A DNA stretch of 64,000 bases from Candidatus Binatia bacterium (GCA_965231775.1 OZ246888.1:3741590-3805589); one strand, 5' to 3'. Shown: positions 36,819 through 47,573, counted from the first letter of the stretch. The notes: generated by a model not told the origin, from the sequence alone. Numbers and translations: made by a program.

Positions 36819-37274
36819 TTAATCCGGCACGACGGCGTACACCCGATAGGTCACCTCGTTGGGCTTGAGTTTGCCCTCACCCACCGCCATCAGGTTGTTG
36901 AGCCAGGCATAGCGCTCGTCACCGGTCTCAAACTGGATCTGTGAGATAAAATAATTATCCCCGAAATTGGTCGAGCCGCCACCCTCAAGCGCTTTCCGAA
37001 TCCCCTCGGTGGCTTCCATACGCGCCCGGTAGGTGACGTAGACCGCCGCCCCATCGTCGCTTTCAAAGACCGCCCGCACGTCGAGGCGCAGGTTGCCGTC
37101 CGGGCCGACCAGGGCCCAGTCAGCCCCGCTGGCCCGGACCTTGCCCTTCATCCGTGGGCCCTCGAAGTGGCCACCGGTCAGGTCGGCTACAATGCGCTCG
37201 CCGAGCGGTCCTTTGCCGACGCTGATCGGGGTGATGAAGGTGGCGGTGTAATCGCACAGATATTCGAGTTTCAT
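36819..37274 (-). CDS. DUF3237-domain protein
   Basis: Start MKLEYLCDY. It has a beta-barrel-like 'DWALVGPDGNLRLDVRAV...YVTYRARM' pattern. Confidence 0.5.
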   Translation of the reverse strand: MKLEYLCDYTATFITPISVGKGPLGERIVADLTGGHFEGPRMKGKVRASGADWALVGPDGNLRLDVRAVFESDDGAAVYVTYRARMEATEGIRKALEGGGSTNFGDNYFISQIQFETGDERYAWLNNLMAVGEGKLKPNEVTYRVYAVVPD

Positions 37275-37284
37275 CGCCGGCTCC

Positions 37285-38442
37285 CTACAGACCGTAGACC
37301 TGCGCCGCGTTCTGGCCGATGACCTTCTGCCGCGTGGTGTCGGACATGGGCTCAACCAGCTCGGCCAGCTCGGTCATATAGTTGTCCGGATGGTCGGGGT
37401 GCGGAAAGTCCGAGGCCCAGAAGAATTTGTCGGCGCCCACAAAATCCACCACATGCCCGAAGGCTTTCTCGTCGGGATCGCCGGAAATCCAGCAGTTGCG
37501 ATAAAAATAATAGCTGGGTTTTTCTTTGAGCCGGACGGTATCGCCCAAGGGGCTGTCAAACACCGCGTCCATACGATTGAGCAGATAGCCGGCCCAGCCC
37601 GCGCCCGATTCCAGCACAACCACTTTGATCTTGGGGAAACGCTCAAACAATCCGTACTGGAACATCGCCGTAAACGCCTGGAGCGGTCCCTGCGCGCCGT
37701 GCACATTATAATGCCACAGCGCCCATTTCTGCATATCCTTGAAGCGTTGGTGCACCCGCTTGGAAGGTGGCTCACCGCTCGGGTGGATGCCGACCGGTAC
37801 ATCGAGTTCCTGGGCCTTGGCCCAGAACGGGTCATAGTCCGGATGGGCGTGAGATTTATTGGTTGGCGTAAACGGCACGAAGAAGGCACCCTTGGCCCCG
37901 GCGCGCACGGCCCGCTCCAATTCCTGGGCCGCCACATTCCCATCTCCCATTGAGATATGGGCAATCGGGAGCAGCCGTCCATCGGAGTCGGAACAGAAAT
38001 CAACCACCCAGCGGTTATACGCCTCGGCGTAGGCCGCCTGGAGTTCCAGGCTTTCCAGCTCTTCGGTTTCCCATAAGAGGCCGATGCTGGGGTAGATGAT
38101 GGCTTTCTCCAAGCCCTCCTGGTCCATGCGTGCCAGCCGCTCTTTGGGATACATCGAGCCAAAGGGCGCTTCGCCCACATAGGTCCGGTCCGGATGGGGG
38201 GCAGTTTCTTCTTCCGATTTCTTTCCCATCGCCCCGAACTGGGCCAGTTGTCCCGGCTGGGAATACTTCGAGGGGCGCCCATCCAGTTCCAGGACCTCCA
38301 GCCCATCCTCATTGGTACGCAGGCGGATGGTCCGGTCCTTGTATCTCGGATCAATATATTTTTCCCAGGTATCAGGTGGCTCAAGGATATGTCCGTCGGC
38401 ATCAACCGTCCCGCTATAGGGAAAATTTCCGTTTGCCGCCAT
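37285..38442 (-). CDS. amidohydrolase-2 family metal-dependent hydrolase
   Basis: 'VDADGHILEPPD' is the N-terminal motif, with 'WASDFPHPD' near the C-terminus. Confidence 0.75.
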   Translation of the reverse strand: MAANGNFPYSGTVDADGHILEPPDTWEKYIDPRYKDRTIRLRTNEDGLEVLELDGRPSKYSQPGQLAQFGAMGKKSEEETAPHPDRTYVGEAPFGSMYPKERLARMDQEGLEKAIIYPSIGLLWETEELESLELQAAYAEAYNRWVVDFCSDSDGRLLPIAHISMGDGNVAAQELERAVRAGAKGAFFVPFTPTNKSHAHPDYDPFWAKAQELDVPVGIHPSGEPPSKRVHQRFKDMQKWALWHYNVHGAQGPLQAFTAMFQYGLFERFPKIKVVVLESGAGWAGYLLNRMDAVFDSPLGDTVRLKEKPSYYFYRNCWISGDPDEKAFGHVVDFVGADKFFWASDFPHPDHPDNYMTELAELVEPMSDTTRQKVIGQNAAQVYGL

Positions 38443-38640
38443 TATGCACTCCCTCCGTTTTTCTGTGGTGTGAATTGAAACTTGGAAGTATCATTCCTAA
38501 CCTACACAGTTCGCTTCGGCAAGAGTTTTGGGGCGGGGGTGGGTTCCCGCTGCCCAACCTGACAACGACCAGCCCTCCCCCTACGCTGCACCTTTTCCAA
38601 GGGGGCGTAGCGGGGCGTTCTAATCCCTGCGCAACGGCTT

Positions 38641-39699
38641 TTATCCGCAGGCCAGGGTGTAGACGTTCTGACAGCCGTCCGGCAACGTAGATTCGCTCCA
38701 GGTCGTGCCGCCGTCCTGGGTGCCGAACACCTGGCCCTCCCGCGTGCCACAGTACACGAGTTGCGGGTCCTGACGGCTGAGAGCGACGGTCATCATCGTA
38801 CTCCGGGGGGAGATACCATGATCAAAGCGTTGCCAGGTCTGGCCCAGGTCCGGGCTGCGATAAACCGAGCCGTTCAGGCTGAGCGCCCCCGGACTCAGCG
38901 CGGCGTACAGCGTCTGGGGGTCCCCTGGGGCGACCTGGATATCGCGCGCGTAGGTCAACGGCGAAGAACGCCAGATCTCCATATCGGCCCAGGATTGCCC
39001 CTGGTCCGTGCCGTGGAACAGACCCATGCGCGTGGCCAGAAAGACGCTGCCCGACTGGGCGGCGCTCAGCACCAGGGCGTGGGTGTCCATCATGCCTTCG
39101 GCATCGGTGTTGCTCAGAATACGACTCTTCAAATAGTCCTGCTCGGCAAACCCCAGCAGCGCTGCGGTGCAGTCCTGCCAGGTGTCGCCACCGTCTGTAC
39201 TGCGGATGACTCCGCCGACCTCCAGACCGGCATACACCGCAGCCGGGTCATTCGGGTCAGCCGCCATGCCGATAATGCGGCACGGAAAACCCATTTCAAC
39301 CATGCCGGCCGGCTGGGCAAAGGTCAGCCGTTTCCAGCTATCGCCGCCATCCTCGCTCCGATAGATGGCCGCCGGTGCGGTGCCACAGTACACGACCTGG
39401 GGATCATCCGGGCGAAACAGCAAGGACCAGACCGCCATCCCGGTATCCGGAAAATCCAGCCCCTCCCAGTGCGCCCCGCCATCCGTACTGCGGTACGGCC
39501 CGTGTTGGGTGCCGACATACAGCAGCTGCGGATTGTCGGTATGGACAAGAATGGCCCGAATCTCAGCCCGCTCCGGGAGACCCTGGCTCAAAATCTGCCA
39601 CTCCGTTTCTCCGACTCTCTGCCGACACAGACCGCTGGACGGAGTCGTGTGTCCGTTCTTGGAAAACTGCGACGCCCCGGCGTAGACATACTGAGCCAT
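38641..39699 (-). CDS. BNR/Ycf48-like beta-propeller repeat protein
   Basis: Start MAQYVYAG. It has repeated 'S-x-D-G-G-x-T-W' BNR motifs (STDGGAHW, SEDGGDSW, STDGGDTW, TDQGQSW, PDLGQTW, TQDGGTTW). Confidence 0.65.
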   Translation of the reverse strand: MAQYVYAGASQFSKNGHTTPSSGLCRQRVGETEWQILSQGLPERAEIRAILVHTDNPQLLYVGTQHGPYRSTDGGAHWEGLDFPDTGMAVWSLLFRPDDPQVVYCGTAPAAIYRSEDGGDSWKRLTFAQPAGMVEMGFPCRIIGMAADPNDPAAVYAGLEVGGVIRSTDGGDTWQDCTAALLGFAEQDYLKSRILSNTDAEGMMDTHALVLSAAQSGSVFLATRMGLFHGTDQGQSWADMEIWRSSPLTYARDIQVAPGDPQTLYAALSPGALSLNGSVYRSPDLGQTWQRFDHGISPRSTMMTVALSRQDPQLVYCGTREGQVFGTQDGGTTWSESTLPDGCQNVYTLACG

Positions 39700-39933
39700 G
39701 GCTTTCTCCCTTCTTTTTCGCGCTAGAGTCTCCTTATTGGGTCGGGGGCAAATATTCAACCCAAGCCGCACAATCTTCGGAGCGGCAATTGATCGACACA
39801 GAGAATGTGTATGCCTTGTCTCCACGGGTGCTCTTAGGCTATCAGGACAAACACAGGAGGGCATGTGACACACGCATCTCGGGTTCTCACGACGGCAGCG
39901 GCGCACTAACGCAGGCAAGGAGTAAAGACAGCC

Positions 39934-41868
39934 GTGCTGATATCCGTTCTGTCCGTTCTCATCCTGATCGCCCTGCTGTGGTCTCTGGGCTGGTATGCCA
40001 AACGCTGGGTTTCGACCGATGCCGATTATTTGCTGGCCGGCCGCCAGGTCAGTTTGCTCCCCGGCATTGCCGGGATCTGCGGGATCGCGTTTGCCGGTAG
40101 CGTGACCAGCATTATTCCGGGCCTGACCATTCAATACGGTTTTTTTGGCTGGGTGTGGGGCATCAGTCTGCCGGCGGTCATCGGCTATTGGATATACGGT
40201 CTGCTGGCCTGTCCGTATATTCGTCGCTCCGGTGCCTACACCCTGCCGGAGTGGTTGGAGATGCGCTTTGATGCCCGTACCCGTCTGGTCGTCAGCATTG
40301 CCACCCTGCTCGGCGTGACCGGCCTGGTCGCCATGAACGTCATTGCCATGGCGCTGATTATGACCGGCTTTCTTGAGGCCCCGCTGTGGCTGATGGTGAC
40401 GCTGATTCTCGGCGGCCACGTCATGTTTCTCCTGCTCGGCGGCCTGTGGGCCTTGACCCTGACCGATGTCGTGCAGGTCATTCTGGGCTTCATCCTGCTA
40501 CCGGCGCTGGTCGGCTACTGCGCGTGGACGTTTGGTGGCTGGGAGATGATTCAGGCCCAGTTCGTGTCCCCGGCTCCGTTGACCCAGGGGACGGCGGGGA
40601 CGTTTCCGTGGTTGCGCCTGAGCTATCCCAGCATTATCACCGTCTCTCTGGTGGTCGGTATGTTCATTCAGTGGGGCGGCAACTACTACTGGCTGCGCGC
40701 TGCGGCGGCCCGCACCGAGTTTGTCGCCCGCTGGCAATATCTGATTGGTGGGGTCGTAGTCGTCGTGATCGTCCACGGTGCCTTGGGCCTGATCGGATTG
40801 TACGCGGGCAGCGTGTACCGCACAGCCTTTCTGGGTGGGGCCAACCCCATGAGTGCGTATGGCATGCTGATGCGCGACCTGCCCTCAGGGGTGGCGCTTT
40901 TCGGCTTGGTGGCGGCATTAGCCGCTACCATCTCAACCACCAGCAACGCCCACCTGGGAATTACCTCAACCCTGGTACGCGACCTGTATCAACGCTTTCT
41001 GCATCCGGAGGCAACCCGCGAGCAGGTCTTGCGTATCAGCCGGCTGCTCACCGTCGTCACCGGCGGCGGCATCTGGCTGCTCAGTTTTTATCCCGGCGGG
41101 CCCTATTTTCTGCTGGCCATCAGCTGCGCGATGTTGGGGCCGGCGGCGCTGATTTTTTTACTGGGGCATCGCTGGTCGCGGGTAACCGCCGCGGGCGCGT
41201 TTTGGGGGACGCTCATCGGGATGCTGGTCATGCTCGTATACGAGGGATTACAACTGACGGGAGTGACCGCCTGGTCAACCCATACGGTTATTATCGGCAC
41301 CCTCGTCACCCTGCCCCTGATCGTGCTGATCTCGCTGGCAACCTCACCACCGGTAAACCAACGGGACGGGCGCGTAGGAGTTGACCAAGAACCCTCCCCC
41401 CTCACCGCCGAGCATGAACAGTTCCTGGAGCTGCTATATCACGGCTATGGACAGATGGTTGAGCTAACCGATTTTCTCGGGCTGGACACTGCGCACGGGA
41501 ACCGCTTGGTCGATGAACTGATAGCCGCGGGCCTGGTCCGGCGTCAGGCGCAATCGGGCCCGGACTTTTTCACCCTCGGCCTCACACCCCAGGGAGCCCA
41601 ACGCTGGGAGAAGAAGGATGAACCCGAAGCGGCTATACCTTCCCCCTCTTCGGTCTACACACTTGAGCTCCACATCCTCAGACAGCTTGAGGGCGGTCCG
41701 CAGACCCTGCGGTCCCTCGGGCGAGCGATTGAGGCCAACGCCTCGACGCTCGGCGTGGTCGTCAGTCGCCTGGAACGGCGTGGCCAGGTACACAGCCACG
41801 GCATATGGGAACGGCGCCTCACCTTGTCCGACACGGGCCGCGCGGCCCTCCGCGCAGCCCGGAGCTAA
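39934..41868 (+). CDS. sodium:solute symporter-family transporter fused to C-terminal tandem winged-helix-like domains
   Basis: The first ~480 aa are a multi-TM SSF-like core. The last ~160 aa are soluble, with two wHTH-like segments (...LVDELIAAGLVRRQ... and ...LRSLGRAIEANASTLGVVVSRLERRGQV...). Confidence 0.6.
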   Translation: MLISVLSVLILIALLWSLGWYAKRWVSTDADYLLAGRQVSLLPGIAGICGIAFAGSVTSIIPGLTIQYGFFGWVWGISLPAVIGYWIYGLLACPYIRRSGAYTLPEWLEMRFDARTRLVVSIATLLGVTGLVAMNVIAMALIMTGFLEAPLWLMVTLILGGHVMFLLLGGLWALTLTDVVQVILGFILLPALVGYCAWTFGGWEMIQAQFVSPAPLTQGTAGTFPWLRLSYPSIITVSLVVGMFIQWGGNYYWLRAAAARTEFVARWQYLIGGVVVVVIVHGALGLIGLYAGSVYRTAFLGGANPMSAYGMLMRDLPSGVALFGLVAALAATISTTSNAHLGITSTLVRDLYQRFLHPEATREQVLRISRLLTVVTGGGIWLLSFYPGGPYFLLAISCAMLGPAALIFLLGHRWSRVTAAGAFWGTLIGMLVMLVYEGLQLTGVTAWSTHTVIIGTLVTLPLIVLISLATSPPVNQRDGRVGVDQEPSPLTAEHEQFLELLYHGYGQMVELTDFLGLDTAHGNRLVDELIAAGLVRRQAQSGPDFFTLGLTPQGAQRWEKKDEPEAAIPSPSSVYTLELHILRQLEGGPQTLRSLGRAIEANASTLGVVVSRLERRGQVHSHGIWERRLTLSDTGRAALRAARS

Positions 41869-41953
41869 ACCGCTCCACTCCTTCGACCTCCGGCCCTGAC
41901 AGTCCTCTTCGGAACGGATACACTCCGGTATCACTCCTATTCGAGGTGAGCGT

Positions 41954-43315
41954 ATGCCGAGCACCAAGCCGCCGAGCGGCACCCGAGATTACTTACCCGA
42001 GACTGTGGCAAAACGACGCTACGTTGTGGCGAAGATAGAGAATGTCTTTCAGCGCTATGGGTTTCTGCCCCTCGAAACGCCGGCCATCGAAAATCTGACC
42101 ACACTGTTGGGCAAGTATGGCGAGGAGGGCGACCAACTCCTCTTTCGACTCCTCCACCGGGGCGACAAACTCACCCGCGCCCTGGAAAAAGAGTCTCCCG
42201 AAGCCGGGGACTTGGCCGAGCTGGGCCTGCGCTATGATCTCACCGTTCCGTTAGCCCGCGTCGTGGCCCAGTACGGCAACAGCCTGCCCAGGATGTTCAA
42301 GCGTTACCAGATTCAACCCGTCTGGCGGGCGGACCGACCGGCGAAGGGTCGCTTTCGTGAGTTTTATCAGTGCGATGTTGACCTGACCGGCACAACCTCG
42401 CTGCTGGCCGAAGCGGAGGTGATAAACGCAGTCAGCAGCGCGCTGCGTGAGCTCGGCTTTTCGAACTTCTCCATTGCGCTCAACCACCGGGTGATTCTGC
42501 GTAGCATGATAGCGGCGGCCGGCATTGACCCCGGCCTTGAGGCTTCCGCCCTGGTTGCCATCGATAAGCTGGACAAAATCGGCGTTGACGGCGTGCAGGC
42601 GGAACTCACGCAACGCGGGATTGCTCAGGAGTCGGCCCACCGTCTGCTCGCTCTGACCTCAACAGCGGCCGACAATCCCGGCGTATTACAGACCTTACGC
42701 GAACAATTATTACAGCCCGAGGCACAGCAGGCGCTCAGTGAGCTTGAAACGCTTATAGCCTTGACGGGAGACGCCCCGGCAGGTTCGCATATCCGCCTGA
42801 CCCCGGCGCTGGCCCGCGGGCTGAGCTATTATACCGGTCCCATCTTCGAGGTCGTCTCAACCGACTTCAGCGGCTCCTTGGGCGGCGGCGGACGCTACGA
42901 CAACCTGGTCGGCATGTTCAGCAACAAGCAGGTTCCGGCGGTCGGCTTTTCCCTGGGTTTGGAACGTATTCTGCTCTTAATGGAAGAGCGGAACATGTTT
43001 CCGGCCCTGCAACTGACGGCCCAGGTGATGATCTGTATCCTGCCGGATACCCCGCTGCCACCGGCGGTCGGACTGGCCTCGCGCCTGCGTCAGGCCGACA
43101 TTACGGTTGAGGTCTATCCGGAGCAGAGCAAGCTCAAGCGCCAGCTCTCGGCCGCCGACGCCCAGCAGATTCCCTATGCGCTTATTCTCGGACCTGACGA
43201 AGTCGAACGCCGGCGCTATACTCTGAAGGACCTGGCAACCGGAGAGCAGCAAGCGCTGGGTGAAGACGATCTCATCGCCGCGCTCCGGCCTAAAACACCA
43301 CCTCAAGCTGCGTAA
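41954..43315 (+). CDS. hisS: histidine--tRNA ligase
   Basis: Class II aaRS motifs (LRYDLTVPLAR, FKRYQIQPVWRADRP, FREFYQCDVD, GGGRYDNLV) plus a C-terminal anticodon-binding domain. Confidence 0.85.
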   Translation: MPSTKPPSGTRDYLPETVAKRRYVVAKIENVFQRYGFLPLETPAIENLTTLLGKYGEEGDQLLFRLLHRGDKLTRALEKESPEAGDLAELGLRYDLTVPLARVVAQYGNSLPRMFKRYQIQPVWRADRPAKGRFREFYQCDVDLTGTTSLLAEAEVINAVSSALRELGFSNFSIALNHRVILRSMIAAAGIDPGLEASALVAIDKLDKIGVDGVQAELTQRGIAQESAHRLLALTSTAADNPGVLQTLREQLLQPEAQQALSELETLIALTGDAPAGSHIRLTPALARGLSYYTGPIFEVVSTDFSGSLGGGGRYDNLVGMFSNKQVPAVGFSLGLERILLLMEERNMFPALQLTAQVMICILPDTPLPPAVGLASRLRQADITVEVYPEQSKLKRQLSAADAQQIPYALILGPDEVERRRYTLKDLATGEQQALGEDDLIAALRPKTPPQAA

Positions 43316-45108
43316 TCAAATTGTCCCGATCCCGCAGCAGGCCGATGCCGTTGTACTGGCCATCGAGGTAGTTGTACTGGAGCGTCAGTCGAAACGGATC
43401 GCGCGTCAGGGTGATCCCCGGCTGGACCAGCCAGGAACCCTGCCAGTCGTAGAAGAAGACCAACTGGGGTTTAATCACCCCGGAGCGGAAGGAGGTTGAG
43501 ATACTCAGCGTATTCACGAATTGGTGCTGATCGATATTGACCAGGGAGCTGTTCTGGCGGCCCGGCTCACTGACCGGAATCGCAAAATGGCCAAAGCCGT
43601 ACGGCCCGGCTGAGGCCAGCGAGGTGTCGTTAAAATCGACGATATGCGTGCCGAACATCTGCCCGCTGATAATAAAAGACTGCTGGGGATTGAGGGCGCG
43701 AATATAGCGATTAATATCGATGCCCAGCACCCAGCGCACAACGTGTGAGTGGGCGATATCGTTCTCATACGACAGCAGCGGTGAGCCGCTGGCGGGATCG
43801 ATCCCGACCTGGCGGTAGCCGGGTGTGATCTGACCGCCGGACAAGACCGGTCCGAGGAGCTGCGTAGCACCCGAGTTCTTGAAGAACGGCTCGTCCCAGA
43901 AAACAGCCGCCTCGCTGCGGATGATCGCATACCACTTCGGTATGGGAAACGAGGCGGTCAGACCGGAGATCGCAATTTTCGGATACAGTACATTAGCCTG
44001 GAAGTTATCGACGATGAACTGAGAGGCCAGCCCGGCGTTGACCGCCTGCTCAAACGCCGCCAGGCTGATCGGGGGATTCTTTCTGGGCGTGACAATACGC
44101 ACCTCGGGCGCATCCAGAAAGGTGTAGTAGTGCGCCGCGGAGAGCGTCAGCTCGCCCATTCTGGCGGTGACGCGAAAGCCGCCTCGGGTATCCTTGAAAT
44201 TCTGCGCCGGCTTTTTGACGACACTCCGCATCCCCGGCGGGTTCGGGGTGGACCAGGGCGAGCCAGCCGGTGTCGGGCTGGAGATATTCTTGTCAAAGGC
44301 GCCGTAGCCCTCAAGGTTGAGCTCGGAGAAGGGCCCGACATCCTCGAAGCTGTACACGGCCCGGACCATGTCCAGGGGCACGCGGCGATCATCCAGGGAA
44401 ACCAGGAAGCCGCCAAAGCTGGCGTCGAGCGGGTTGATCTGATCCAGGAGTCGAAAGGCGTCGGTCTCTCCCCAGGACAGGTTCTGGCGTCCAATGCGCA
44501 AAAAGAGCGCCTCCCACGACAGGTCAACATAGGCTTCAAACAGCCGATGGCGCTGGCGCAAGCTGCGGCGCGTGTTGACGCGCGAGCAGTCGGCAAACTG
44601 ACGCGGACTGGTCCGTTTTCGTTTACTGGGCTGCCCGCAGTTGGAGAGCAGCGGAAAGCGCTCGCGGAACACGTCGGGTCCATAGTCCCAGACGCCGTCG
44701 TACTCCCCTCGGTAGGTCATGAAATAACTGATGTCTTCAAGCTGGAGCCACTGCAGCGGCTTGAGCAGCGGCGCCAGTACGCTGAGATGGCCCTCATAGC
44801 TGCCCTCAACCAGGTCCACCAGATCGTGCCGCATTTCGACTTGGACGAAGGTCCGGTTCTGGAGCATATTGAAGGCGTTATACGGCGTCTGGAGACGGGT
44901 ATTCCCGCCCGCGTTCTCCACCGCCAGCGCCGTCCGGTTATACACCCGGCCGTTAAAGCGCAGCGTTTGGGATTCGTCCAGAAAGCGAGCGTATAGCAGG
45001 GTCGGCCAGAGCAGGACGCCCGCAACCAGGCCGCCCAGGCACAACAGCCCGGCCTGTCTCAGACGCGCCGCAGCGCGTTCATGCGTCGTCGCTTGCCTCC
45101 CCTGCACG
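43290..45108 (-). CDS. DUF1302-family outer-membrane protein
   Basis: It is a large beta-rich secreted protein ending in Phe. I chose a GTG start near 45108, after GGGGGAA. It is paired with the upstream DUF1329 gene as in proteobacterial loci. Confidence 0.55.
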
Positions 45109-45135
45109 CTGTTCCCCCTGGCCGTTAGCTCGCCG

Positions 45136-46401
45136 TCACTTCCCCAGACGGACCATCTCTTTGACCGTAAACTTTCTGGGTTTGAGCGGTTTGTTGACCA
45201 GGACTTCGTCGGCGGTCCACAGGGCGGCACGGTTGCTTTTGTAGTCTATCCAGACATTGCCGAGATGGAGATGCGTGCCCTTTACCTCAGCATTGTCCGG
45301 ATCGTCGGCCGGGTCGCCAAAGGTGTGCAGCAAGGTCCGCCAATGCTGGCCCTCACGGTCATACACCACGACGCAAAAGACCGAATAAATCTGCCGGTCA
45401 ATATAAAGGCGCCGCATACCATACGGATGGCTGTCGTCATTGGGGGTGGCCTCCAAAACGACGATCTGGCGCAACTCCCACGGCGACTGGGGATACCAGC
45501 CAGCGCGGCCGCCATACTCCGGGGGCACTCCGCCAACGAAACCCGGCATCAGCATCACCTGCTCGCCCACATACTTCCAGGTATAGTTGTGGAGATAACC
45601 CTGAAACCCGGCATGATCTTCGACGAGAAAATTCGCCTCGAATGAGGACGAGTGATGATTAACGACGATACTCCGCGTGCGGCGACTCTGCGGATCGTAG
45701 GCCCAGCCCTTCTGGTTGGCGGTGTCCGCCGCGTAGTGAAAAGTGAGACTCTGGGCTCCCTCAAGGTCCTGGGGGCTCATGACAATCGAGTGCTCTCGCC
45801 ACCAGGTGCCTTCCTTTTCCCACTTCGCTACGTTGAATTCCGGATTCGGACGGAACATGCCGTACCTACGCGAATAGCGGGTGTCCACCGCCCGTTCGGT
45901 ATTACCAGAGCTGTTGACCGTGCGCAGTACGCCCTGGGTTGTCATGGTATCACCCATATAGCGCATGCGATAATTCCAGGCGGCTTTGAGCCCGGCCTGC
46001 GGGTCGGCCGGATCGATCAGGGGGAAAGGCTGGCCAAGAGTGTAGTTCTGGAGTTCTCCATCCGCGCCGAGTTGGACTTGGCCGGCATGTTTGATCGACG
46101 CCTGCATATAGGCATCAAGGATAGGGAAATCCGTGGTCGCCTGCACAGGAATCTCAAACTCTCCGGCCTGGACAACGCGGACGATCTCCGGCGGCAATAC
46201 CTTTTCGGCAAGCTGGACATTCTCCTTGGTCAGCGTCATGCCGGGCGTAATCCCCTCAATCTGGGGGCTGTCGTTGCGGTACGGCAGAAAGCCGTCCAGC
46301 AGTTGCTGATCTCCGTCCTGGGCATACCCGCCTGCCGACAACAGGCCCACCAGGCTCAGTATGCCGGTGAGAGAAAGAACGCTCCGGTTTCTTATTCGCA
46401 T
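45136..46401 (-). CDS. DUF1329-family secreted protein
   Basis: It has a signal peptide (MRIRNRSVLSLTGILSLVGLLSAGGYA), and its size and composition fit DUF1329. Confidence 0.55.
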   Translation of the reverse strand: MRIRNRSVLSLTGILSLVGLLSAGGYAQDGDQQLLDGFLPYRNDSPQIEGITPGMTLTKENVQLAEKVLPPEIVRVVQAGEFEIPVQATTDFPILDAYMQASIKHAGQVQLGADGELQNYTLGQPFPLIDPADPQAGLKAAWNYRMRYMGDTMTTQGVLRTVNSSGNTERAVDTRYSRRYGMFRPNPEFNVAKWEKEGTWWREHSIVMSPQDLEGAQSLTFHYAADTANQKGWAYDPQSRRTRSIVVNHHSSSFEANFLVEDHAGFQGYLHNYTWKYVGEQVMLMPGFVGGVPPEYGGRAGWYPQSPWELRQIVVLEATPNDDSHPYGMRRLYIDRQIYSVFCVVVYDREGQHWRTLLHTFGDPADDPDNAEVKGTHLHLGNVWIDYKSNRAALWTADEVLVNKPLKPRKFTVKEMVRLGK

Positions 46402-46564
46402 ACGGCCCCCTCATCTGAGTGAATGTTCATTTTCTTGTAGAGACTCGCCGCTTCACACGCAAGAGGTAGGCTTGAGAAGCGCCTTATCTCTTGACAGCCC
46501 TGAGTGCTCTCAGATAAGACGGCTGCATATTCATTCCTAATAATTTGGAGGCAAGGAGGGCCTT

Positions 46565-47485
46565 ATGGCAACACCCCAACCAGCAGTTCTCAATAGAAAC
46601 ATGGGCCAGCACCAGTGGTATGTTCACCTCAGCCGCCTAGATGGCGCTGATATGGGCGTAATCAAATCTGCGGTCCAGCAGTTGCGCAAAGACTGTGCCG
46701 ACAAAGGCATCAATCTGACCGTCGGTCTCGGACCATCACTCCTCTCGGACCTCACGGCCGATGTGCCCAACGACTTCCAGCCCTACGAAACGTTCCAGTC
46801 GATTGATGGCAGCGGCAAGGAAGCCAAGGGCACCCAGGAAGAACTCCTGTTCTGGCTGAACAGCGAAAAAAAGGACGAGGTCTGGAAAGCCCAGTGGGAT
46901 GCCCGGGAAGCCCTGAAAGGGCATATGCGGGTGGCCCGCGAGACCATGACCTTCATCTTTGGCGACTCGCTCGACCTGTCCGGCTTCAAAGATGGCACCG
47001 GCAACCCCGAGCCCGAGCGAGATGTTGAAGTCGCCGTCGTTCCGGATGGTGAACCGGGCGCGGGCGGGAGCTTCATTATCGCCCAGCGTTGGATTCATGA
47101 CCTGGAAGCCTTTAATCTCCTGCCCGTTGAGGAGCAGGAAAAAGTCTTTGGCCGGACCAAGGCGGACTCAACCCGCCTGTCTCCCCAACCCTCGCCTTCT
47201 CACCTCTCGCACGTCGAGCTGAGAGAGGGCAGAACCGGCAACGACAGTACCCCCAAGCGGGATGAGATTTCGCGCCGTTCGACCCCGTACGCCTTCCACG
47301 ATGGCACCGTTGGCCTGTACTTCATGGCCTTCTGTAAGAGCCAAGCCCCGCTACGCGAGCGGATGCGGGCCATGTACGGCATGGACGGTCAGGAACGCGA
47401 CCGGCTTACCTCGTATAGCAACCCGGCCTCCGGTTCGTTCTACTTTGCCCCGTCGGTGGAAACGCTCGACGCCGCGCTATCGTAA
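46565..47485 (+). CDS. DyP-type peroxidase
   Basis: 'GFKDGTGNP' is the GxxDG hallmark, and 'FIIAQRWIHDL' is the distal Arg region. No Tat signal is evident. Confidence 0.75.
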   Translation: MATPQPAVLNRNMGQHQWYVHLSRLDGADMGVIKSAVQQLRKDCADKGINLTVGLGPSLLSDLTADVPNDFQPYETFQSIDGSGKEAKGTQEELLFWLNSEKKDEVWKAQWDAREALKGHMRVARETMTFIFGDSLDLSGFKDGTGNPEPERDVEVAVVPDGEPGAGGSFIIAQRWIHDLEAFNLLPVEEQEKVFGRTKADSTRLSPQPSPSHLSHVELREGRTGNDSTPKRDEISRRSTPYAFHDGTVGLYFMAFCKSQAPLRERMRAMYGMDGQERDRLTSYSNPASGSFYFAPSVETLDAALS

Positions 47486-47573
47486 ACAGTCTTCTGACGC
47501 TCTTGTCGAAATGAAGCGGGACGGGCCGTGTGGCTCGTCCCGCTTTTTGTTTGTCATGCCCTGTGAGTCATGC

